Positions 57,301 to 63,910 of a stretch of DNA of 63,910 nucleotides are shown one piece after another. A model generated the notes under the pieces. The model searched no databases and had not been told where the DNA came from. It saw only the letters and a list, made by a program, of their open reading frames with translations. The position numbers and the translations under genes are program-made. Location: the NCBI GenBank assembly GCA_030167865.1, contig JALAGF010005407.1, positions 1-63,910 on the forward strand. Direction: 5' to 3'. The DNA is from Craspedostauros australis (Eukaryota). The stretch's first letter is position 1. The number at the start of each line of letters is the position of its first letter.

Positions 57301-59395
57301 ACGTGATGAGCTTCACGTCGCCGTTCATCATTTCGTGCGCTGCCAGGTTACGGTTTGGCAACGAAAGGAGGGCGTTGGTTGGCATTCTGGATCGTGGCGT
57401 GTTGGGAGGCACGTTGATCTCACGCTGCGCGTTTGGATCAGGCCGTGAACTCCAGTCCAGCAGCACGATCTCGCCACCGAGATCATCAAGATCAAGCCGG
57501 AGGGAATCCAAGTCGACGTCCCGTCGCGAAGCCTCGAGGTTGCGATCACCCGGTAGCTCCGTGTTGAGGCCAGATTTGACGGCAGCTTGCTCCGAGCCGA
57601 AGCAGATGAGTCCCTTCGACGGATAGAACGCAATGGACATGCTCTGTCCCTGTGCTGCAATGCACACCTGCCTTCGAGCATCCAGCGATGACGAGATGAC
57701 CAGGCCGAAGGATCCCTTAGCATTGGTGAGGAAGCTCTTGGTGGTGAAGAAGAGGTCGTTGTCGAAAAAGGCATTGACCGTCGCCCTGCAAAAGTCTGTC
57801 AGAGTGGCGATCGTGGTGAAATCGTCGCCTTTGCCAGTTTCCATGAGCGAGGTCTGCTGGTAGTGGTTGCTGTCCGCTTCGACGAATCCGAGAAGGATAC
57901 TGAGCGCGGCATCATTTTCCTTGACAGCCACACACAACGTTTGTGCCAAATCGTTGCGGCCCATTGTGGTATCCAAGTTCATCATGATATCGTCATTGGT
58001 GACGTATTCTTTCAACGATGTCTCGAAGATGTCTCCCACCTGTTCGAAGAAAGCATAGTCGGGAAACACGAAGGATGGCGAATCGGTGATGGTACTGTTC
58101 GCAAGTCCCAGCGCCAGCGCGTAGCGTGCTGATAGGCCGAAGCAGCCCTGGGTACGCAGGACGTCCACCATCCCGGCTACGGCACAGGAATCGACTGTCG
58201 ATGGCATGGGAGCTCCTGTCACCTTCTGAAGCCAGGTTTGGACGACGTCCAGATCGTAGCTGACCCCGTTGACGGCGTAAAAGTCAAAGTCGCCATTGTG
58301 GGTGATGTAGTTCTCTACACGACGGTTGGTCACGGGCCCTTGTTTTGCGTAGACAGCCACCGCCTTGCTTGTGTCGTAAACACGACGGAGGGTCGGTGGG
58401 GTCCAGATGTGCGGGTGGGTGCCGTCCAAGGTGGAGATTGAGGTAGTCGCAAATCGGGTGTGCCCCGACATGATGGGAACGAAACCGGAATTGGGGAAGC
58501 GACCGGATTTACCGAGGATGTCCTTATCAACTTTGGCCCGCACCAGCTTGCTGAGGTTCGTTCGTTTCTTGTTGACCACACGGCAGCGGATACCGACGAG
58601 GTCGCTGGGTGCCTTCTGCGCATTGCTCTTGCCATTTTCGTCGGGGTAGTACGTTACGACACCGCCGGATTGTGCACCTCGCATCATGGTGACACGCACC
58701 ATGCGTTCAAGCACTTCCATGGCGGCTTCACCGTTGTTGTGCGCAAGCCAGTTGTGGTGCAGCAGGATGACGCCGAAGTTGCCACAGAACAGTGGTAGTG
58801 CTGCTTGTGCTGAGAATTCATCCGGTTCGGAGACAAGCGGGAGAAGCGGCCGGAATCCCATCAAATCCGTTGAAATGGCTTCCATCGCCACGATCGCAGC
58901 GGAGTACACCATTGGATTGGTCATGACGATGGAATCAGCGAAGGTCATGTTGGAAGACGCATCGCAGCACGAAGTCTTGCAGCGGCTACTGGCCTTGGAT
59001 GCAGTCCGCGCAACATGAAGCAAGAGCGAGATGAATAGCATGGCGCTGATGATCCATCCCGCATGGCGACTCTCGCGCATGCCTCCTTCGCTGAGGAAGG
59101 CCGGCACGTTGACTTGGCGTTGGATGATGAAATGGAAGAGGAGATGACAAATTGATCCGCCATTGGCTTCCACAATTCCGTTCCAGGCCGCAGACGCATC
59201 GAGACCTGAGCCTTCGGATGGGGCGTACCCCCCATCATAGTCTGTAGTCGTGGCAGCAGATGCGATGGCCACCACGACATGCGAAGCCTCGTGCAAGGCT
59301 CCGAAGAGGAGGTACCAGCCCAGGAGCTGACGCATCGGCTTTGCCGCTGTGCTCAGTGGTGTCGACATCATCGATTTCGCCATTGGTGCTGTCAT
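54320..59395 (-). CDS. Multidomain GlmS-like protein: HExxH membrane module + class II glutamine amidotransferase + SIS + 2 TM + SIS-like + EF-hand pair
   Basis: ALHEASHVVVA; GATase II motifs CGNFG, MRGAQSGG, GHTRFAT, HPH, THNGD, VDS; SIS motif IIVSQSGGT; EF-hands DSQGNGYLTEQD and DTDGIGRITYNQ. First ATG is at 59395; the ORF is open from 59455. Confidence 0.8.
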   Translation of the reverse strand: MTAPMAKSMMSTPLSTAAKPMRQLLGWYLLFGALHEASHVVVAIASAATTTDYDGGYAPSEGSGLDASAAWNGIVEANGGSICHLLFHFIIQRQVNVPAFLSEGGMRESRHAGWIISAMLFISLLLHVARTASKASSRCKTSCCDASSNMTFADSIVMTNPMVYSAAIVAMEAISTDLMGFRPLLPLVSEPDEFSAQAALPLFCGNFGVILLHHNWLAHNNGEAAMEVLERMVRVTMMRGAQSGGVVTYYPDENGKSNAQKAPSDLVGIRCRVVNKKRTNLSKLVRAKVDKDILGKSGRFPNSGFVPIMSGHTRFATTSISTLDGTHPHIWTPPTLRRVYDTSKAVAVYAKQGPVTNRRVENYITHNGDFDFYAVNGVSYDLDVVQTWLQKVTGAPMPSTVDSCAVAGMVDVLRTQGCFGLSARYALALGLANSTITDSPSFVFPDYAFFEQVGDIFETSLKEYVTNDDIMMNLDTTMGRNDLAQTLCVAVKENDAALSILLGFVEADSNHYQQTSLMETGKGDDFTTIATLTDFCRATVNAFFDNDLFFTTKSFLTNAKGSFGLVISSSLDARRQVCIAAQGQSMSIAFYPSKGLICFGSEQAAVKSGLNTELPGDRNLEASRRDVDLDSLRLDLDDLGGEIVLLDWSSRPDPNAQREINVPPNTPRSRMPTNALLSLPNRNLAAHEMMNGDVKLITFRLDKSVGQANTLVQLFHRMTSLSRNALIRPLKDDSDDPILEDINEIPAVCSKIQDEFKATKASTSLNRLAAYNLSSCLRRRLKAKLEGRSSDSIDILLTGCEVSLWLAEQFGSDLQKAFPKLKIQATSSNKLLGLFGQEIAIPAFGFPYAPQTQDLSDTIIIIVSQSGGTFAPLNCSNLLQGSTDNLFVVTSEWDTQIGKQLRGMDSSYGINIESALKHRIFTTEVGMRPAEPSSISVVATHQLLTNLLEYLSAVILSEERYRRITGATMTEQDLQILERCNQLNISALADIIGINEYGNSIKVEGEDGIDDILRSAGNLWAEHILENARAYILSFIYVFATVVSGYPIVSAIAFGAGLDASSDFIYLIRLIDAAIYFWLPQINVTLVRLFQGRNLLHRMVGRTVVIGDIPWVAQSAEAFLSKIFACSYSIAGLNVLSGNATDHLVHRHTHRVVRGALVICGRPDGRLSALSTAEASTCLAVNQASSIQSWGGTCESITIGHNPFKLPLTKAAVFLKRRRPLFLCERMLLESDVRSHSERSVSGSDDDMNSKTKRSSTSIMTDASNSTSKRKSSIFGKQFRPLRNGSSQSAADDGELNSSIHPSVMKNRSAVAFLGAYSNFEGQSNKRASQRSSASMPPGQQTPRRSSLVLGNSAGGTLRSMRQVFRFSSMHESSVMFENNQPAPDNHDLDVQFVIDRSIEKTKYSDRLQKLFNTLDSQGNGYLTEQDLLVLPRHMNIKISKQRLLGYFHEADTDGIGRITYNQMVDLLTKNNIGDTALVLPASNKDQNGVIQIEASVERYFGFNLRRLNSSKAQEEVDFSVAKSQHFAQELYETRIASMQRFVAMIVMFHQMGKRVQQFFAIISFGVWTYRMDRTHSIMRIATTASPVSGADVREQMKYIRLQKKLEKSINTISGAYLRYKTKKEAARIKSLERRAKLLDENAAFIHKVNERELRDSRHRRTSAEMQHRRASGTVGGISNLGSQQPTMMPK

Positions 59396-60252
59396 TGGTG
59401 ATGCCTTGATGGGTGGCGCTGATTGCGTATTGCTACTCGTATAGTACGAGTACAATAGAAATGCTCACAGGCAGACGAGGTAGTGAGGTGGTGAAGAGCC
59501 TTGCCCTGAGCTGGTGATGGCTGTACGTGCATGTGCGGATTATGATGACATTGAAAGAGGTGACGAAAGGGAAGCGAGTTGGTTCAGTTTGGTTGAGGTT
59601 GCGTTGCATTGCATTGCATCGCCTGCTCGTGCTCGTAGTTTGGTTTGGTTTGGTTTGTGGCAAGTGGGGAGAGATGCGGGAGACCCAGGCGCGAAGAATG
59701 AGACAAACGAGACCAACACAGCAGAAGATGGGCAGATTTGTGTTGGCGGCAGTGTCCTCTTGCGTCACTCTTGGCTTAATTCATGGCAAAGACGCGCCTC
59801 CAGACCCGTTCCATCGGGAAAATACTTTCTCCGAACCGTCGTACGAACATACTAGTAGTCGCTGGTATTTACGACTATCACATGGCAGTAAGTTGAGAGG
59901 TAAGTTGCGCAGGAAGCTTACGTTTCAGCACTGAGAGTGAAGACGAAGTACGCATGCACGTGCGCACCAGACAACCTGCCCGTAAGTATTATGATGGCAC
60001 TCCTCTAGTCGTACGATCAAACAGTCCAATCGATCTTCGGCTGTCTATTTTGGCGCATTCCCTCATCTTTCTCCCTTGTGTAAACGTAAACCCTGGACGT
60101 CTTGGGATGATTCCTCGCCCATCTTCCCTGCTGCCTTGTCAACTTCCAATTGTTGTGTAGCCCCGCATAGGTACTTGCTTGTTCCATACAACTAAACTAT
60201 TCCTCCTCCGATGGAGTAAACCAGGTCAACTGCTCTGCACACATGCTCTGCT

Positions 60253-61827
60253 CTACATGTCGTTATCGATACGAACAGAATTGGAATCTCTGTTCTTCTT
60301 GCTTTGGCAATCACAAAACTCTCCAGACTCCTCCAAGGTCAATCGAGGAGTGAACGCTTCATGCAGTCTATCGTTCTCCACATCGACAGCCTCCTCAATC
60401 AAGACGAGGGCCTTGATGTCAAAAGACCTCCGCGGAATTCCATCCGGTGGTTGGAGCGGAAGAGTTGAATGTGATCGTCCAGGATTCGGACTTGGCTGAT
60501 TGGCGCTCTCTTGCGGAATTGCATACGGAATTCTCTCAAGACCTATCAGGGCCGAATGCCGAAGGTCAGACGGCATATCGGTTCGTCGATCGAACTGCTT
60601 GAAGATCAGGCATTCGTTTGATTGCATGGAAGGGAACGTGTACCATCGACTTCTTTGCATGCAAGGTCTACGGGGGAAGCAGCAGCTATTGCCAGTGCCT
60701 TCTTCTTCTTCTTCTCCCACCCATTCACGCATACCGTCAATGCTGTTGCCAATGCTGTTCCTGTCCCATCTTCTCTGTTGCGGATATCTCGTCGCCAGTA
60801 TCCCCAGCGGCGACCTTGCATCATGCACAGGCACCAACGGTCGCCAAATATTCAACAGCACAAACCGAAGATTCTCATCGCGTATTTGTTGCTGTGCTCG
60901 TTTCGGGCAAAAGTCTGGATGTAATGTTCCAAGGTTGCAACCACCATCTCCTTGGCCATCAAGATTGGTTCTCTCATGGCTGTCGCTGCTGTAGCTCACA
61001 CCGACGCCGTCATCGATTGGCACCTGATTCTTGTGTACCAAGTTGAGGATCCCATCCAACCCAAACGCACCCGCATCAATGTCGATATGCACGTTCGTTG
61101 CGACGGACGCCGTCGACGGTTCGTTTTGCCGTGCGGCGCGTTGGCTTCCAATCGTCTCCTCTTCTCCGCGAATCATCGGGTGCCAAAACACAACGCTGCG
61201 TAGCCTCCGTCCACCACCTTCGGGGGCACCACCGTTCAGTGCTTGCGGAATTACGACATCCCTTAATTCCTTCAAGTACTTGTTGCCCACATCGTTCAGG
61301 TCTGTGTAATCGACAGTCGCATCGGTGCTGACATTGGAGATTCCAAAACCATTGGTTTCCAAGCTGGCTGGGTACTCGATTCGCTGTTGCGAGACCACAC
61401 CCTTGTCATCAACGTCTTCGATGAAGCCTGCGCGAGCATCGTAGATCGGTTCCGACGCCTTCGCGTTCCGTGATGGGCCAAAATAGTCATGGATCCCGTA
61501 ATGCGCATCAACGTATTCTGCCGCCGCAGAATAGTCCACCTGCGCCATGCCGTATGGTCGATCCGCCGGCAGCGATGACGACGACGACACGGTCTCGCTT
61601 GCAGAATGTGAGTGTGGGTGTGATTGAGAGTGCATCGGGAGAAATCCATCTCTAGAAGGCACACGACATTGGGACGGCCTGGTACTTCGCAGAGCCTTCC
61701 CATTCAGACGGTGGTGCTGAAAGGCTTCCACTCCACCGACCAGTGCGATGTTGCCGCGTTCGATGCGACTGCGAGAAACGGTGCCGCGGTCAGTCGCTCT
61801 CGTCCACATCGATTGACAAAGATGCAT
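60253..61827 (-). CDS. CmcJ/NvfI/AsaB-like putative Fe(II)/2OG oxidoreductase; 5' end uncertain
   Basis: Motifs IYDAR, SLETNGF, NVHIDI (HxD), LNIWRPL..PLG, RWYTFPSMQSNECLIFKQFD, HSA and RRSFDIKALV. Confidence 0.75.
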   Translation of the reverse strand: MHLCQSMWTRATDRGTVSRSRIERGNIALVGGVEAFQHHRLNGKALRSTRPSQCRVPSRDGFLPMHSQSHPHSHSASETVSSSSSLPADRPYGMAQVDYSAAAEYVDAHYGIHDYFGPSRNAKASEPIYDARAGFIEDVDDKGVVSQQRIEYPASLETNGFGISNVSTDATVDYTDLNDVGNKYLKELRDVVIPQALNGGAPEGGGRRLRSVVFWHPMIRGEEETIGSQRAARQNEPSTASVATNVHIDIDAGAFGLDGILNLVHKNQVPIDDGVGVSYSSDSHERTNLDGQGDGGCNLGTLHPDFCPKRAQQQIRDENLRFVLLNIWRPLVPVHDARSPLGILATRYPQQRRWDRNSIGNSIDGMREWVGEEEEEGTGNSCCFPRRPCMQRSRWYTFPSMQSNECLIFKQFDRRTDMPSDLRHSALIGLERIPYAIPQESANQPSPNPGRSHSTLPLQPPDGIPRRSFDIKALVLIEEAVDVENDRLHEAFTPRLTLEESGEFCDCQSKKNRDSNSVRIDNDM

Positions 61828-62095
61828 GGACGCAGCAATAGCGCAGCATCTGTGTTATCATGAATTAGTCCAGCTGATCGATACGACACCAAACCCGAAC
61901 CAGCACGCCGCTGCGTCAGCAACGCCACGATTAGGAGCGCTCGCGACGCACGCAACATTTAGCGAACTTGACGCACAGTCAAGACCACAGTAGAATAAGC
62001 TCACAATCCCATGGGACCTTCCATGGGCCCTCTCAATGGGCACAACACAACTTTAGCACACACACACTCAGACGCACACTTGCCCGTAGCAATTA

Positions 62096-62106
62096 GGTTA
62101 TGAGCC
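62096..62106 (+). promoter_or_regulatory. Primer-binding site complementary to the anticodon arm of tRNA-Met (half-tRNA priming type)
   Basis: GGTTATGAGCC has reverse complement GGCTCATAACC, which includes the CAT anticodon. It lies 4 nt after a CA dinucleotide and resembles the copia/Ty5-type PBS. Confidence 0.8.
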
Positions 62107-62288
62107 TGGACCGCAGGCACTGCTTGTTCGTCACCCGCCGCACCACACGGTGCTAAATGCACCATGGCGAACGCGCTCCATCACAGCGATGCCGCGTGTT
62201 GATGCGCATTGCTGACAACGACCAAAACACAAACAAAACTCTCACCGTCGCAATCATCCAACACAAACAACAAAACAACGCAAAGCTC

Positions 62289-63910
62289 ATGGACCCGCAT
62301 CGTCAACAAACAACGAACTCAACCTCCTCCAGTGACACAGACAACTCCGACGCGCCTTCGCTAGCAGAAGAGCCCGAGGTCGCACTCTCCGAGACCGCAG
62401 CCGACGCTCCTGTCCCTCCTCTCGGACGACAACAACAACAAGCGGAGACCGCAGCCGACGCACTCGTCCCTCCTCTCCAGCCACCTGAACAAGTCGAGAC
62501 CGCAGCCGACATCACTGTCCCTCCTCTCGCACAACAACAACCTGAGACCGCAACACCTGCCTCTCTTCATCAACAACCTGCAGCGACTGAGACCGCTCAA
62601 GCAGCCTCTTCTCCTGCACCTCAAGAGACAGCACAGGACCCAGGCGGACGCGCCTCTCCTTCTGTTTCAACAACAACAACAACAACACGAGCTGCACAGG
62701 ACACCAGCACACAGGCAGCTGGCGTCTTCGCACAGCAACCACAACTTCCGCGTGACAGAACTCCTCTTCGGACAGAACCGGAACTTCTTCCGGCAGAAGG
62801 CGATATTCTGGACTTAACCTTGGACACTTTTGAATCCCAAGCCCTTGAGGAACTCCAGTCAGCCCTCGCAGATCCTGGCAACATTCGTCCTGGCATTCTT
62901 GCTGACACAAATCTCACTGTCGAAATTCCTGCTGACGTCACTGACACAGTAACCGGTGAAACCGCCATTCCAACTGTTCGCGCGACCCACGTTTCGGCCT
63001 CATCCACGACTCGACCAAGGATGTCACGTTTCAGCGCGGACCCCGATGATGCGGCCACCCGAGCCAACAACCGTATCCTCATTACCAAGGAAGAACGCGC
63101 TGCACTCGAAGGCAAGGACCGCACCAAGGTCAGAGAACAAGCCGTTGAGCCTCTCGAGCCGCTCTTTGTGATGGTGAACCAAACCACTGCCATCAATGAC
63201 AACAAGTTCCTCGAAAAGAACTATGACTTCGCCCGACTCAAGGAAAACCTCCGCAATCGACTCAAGATGTACTCAATGTACGAGCCATTCCAAATCATTC
63301 CATCCACTCGGAACGAGGCCGGGGATCTTGACTTCGATCGAAGCGCCGCAGACGATACCTTCATTGATCTGCTGGACAACGCATTCACGCTCGACCAAGA
63401 CGTTGTACTCCGTTCTACCGAGATCTACGCTCTCTTTGGTGGGAAAGTCAATCAGCAGAACCTCCAATGGTCGCTTGAGCTTATCCTTTCCTCTTGTGAC
63501 GACTCTCTCATCGAAGCCATTGCTGCTCGCATGCAACAGATCCCGGAGGAGCTCCGCACAGGACCAATGGCCTACTACTTTATGGAATGCATCGCCGCAA
63601 GGACAACATCTGAAACTGCTCGAGCCATCACGAACAAGATCGCTCAGTTCCGGATGACCAACATCAAAAGCCAAAACATCGAAACATTCTGCCAGATCAT
63701 GAGAGCAGCCATTCATCGAATCAAAGCCTCACCACTTGGGATTCCAGCCGACATGAACGACATGCTCTTGAAGGTCATCAGGACCTGCACAAACAAACCC
63801 TTCGTCGATTACTTCAACATGCGTGAAGCTGCACTCGACGCAACTGGCAATGACCCTTTCACTTGGGAGCAAATCCTCGAAATGGCTCTGAAGAAGTACA
63901 CCAGCCTCAT
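62289..63910 (+). CDS. Gag(-pol) ORF of the retrotransposon, 3'-partial (>=540 codons, absent from the ORF track)
   Basis: Hand translation from ATG 62289 has no stop to the end: MDPHRQQ...QNLQWSLELILSSCDDSL...GPMAYYFM...QNIETFCQIMRAAIHRI...WEQILEMALKKYTSL, resembling diatom Copia gag. Confidence 0.8.
   Translation, partial: MDPHRQQTTNSTSSSDTDNSDAPSLAEEPEVALSETAADAPVPPLGRQQQQAETAADALVPPLQPPEQVETAADITVPPLAQQQPETATPASLHQQPAATETAQAASSPAPQETAQDPGGRASPSVSTTTTTTRAAQDTSTQAAGVFAQQPQLPRDRTPLRTEPELLPAEGDILDLTLDTFESQALEELQSALADPGNIRPGILADTNLTVEIPADVTDTVTGETAIPTVRATHVSASSTTRPRMSRFSADPDDAATRANNRILITKEERAALEGKDRTKVREQAVEPLEPLFVMVNQTTAINDNKFLEKNYDFARLKENLRNRLKMYSMYEPFQIIPSTRNEAGDLDFDRSAADDTFIDLLDNAFTLDQDVVLRSTEIYALFGGKVNQQNLQWSLELILSSCDDSLIEAIAARMQQIPEELRTGPMAYYFMECIAARTTSETARAITNKIAQFRMTNIKSQNIETFCQIMRAAIHRIKASPLGIPADMNDMLLKVIRTCTNKPFVDYFNMREAALDATGNDPFTWEQILEMALKKYTSL

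Larger units (their letters stand above)
61853..63910 (+). mobile_element. 5' part of a Ty1/Copia (CoDi-like) LTR retrotransposon, truncated by the window end
   Basis: Candidate 5' LTR TGTTAT...GTAGCA (61853-62091; left edge tentative), PBS at 62096, then an open gag-like ORF running to the window end. Confidence 0.75.

Noticed and set aside
61704..61958. ORF MLRASRALLIVALL as a signal-peptide exon of the CmcJ-like gene
   Set aside because: It begins inside the candidate LTR, is in a different frame, and I found no convincing splice junction.

Overview
Eukaryotic, gene-dense nuclear DNA, most likely from a diatom. This is inferred from bipartite plastid-targeting presequences (signal peptide + ASAF-type motif) on three proteins, short spliceosomal introns and a CoDi/Copia-like gag. 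About 15 protein-coding genes can be supported: a DUF1350-like hydrolase, a G-patch (PinX1/Pxr1-like) protein, plastid GrpE (3 exons, probable GC-AG intron), two convergent paralogous coiled-coil proteins, coproporphyrinogen III oxidase, a 2618-aa IQ/repeat protein, an O-fucosyltransferase-like protein, an EST1/SMG7-like protein, a GNAT-LysM-LysM-HMG protein, a secreted spondin_N protein, an NAD(P)-binding reductase, a class C-like GPCR, a divergent RNA-dependent RNA polymerase, an HExxH/GlmS-like/EF-hand fusion and a CmcJ/NvfI-like oxygenase. The window ends in the 5' part of a Copia-type LTR retrotransposon, and an AT-rich, ORF-poor segment lies at ~36.3-41.2 kb. The best leads are: (1) an apparent U2-type AT-AC intron in the spondin gene, (2) a GlmS-like membrane protein whose Ntn catalytic Cys is masked by an HExxH-containing N-terminal module, and (3) unrecognised repeat families in the giant IQ protein. 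All family calls come from manual motif recognition; no database searches were run.
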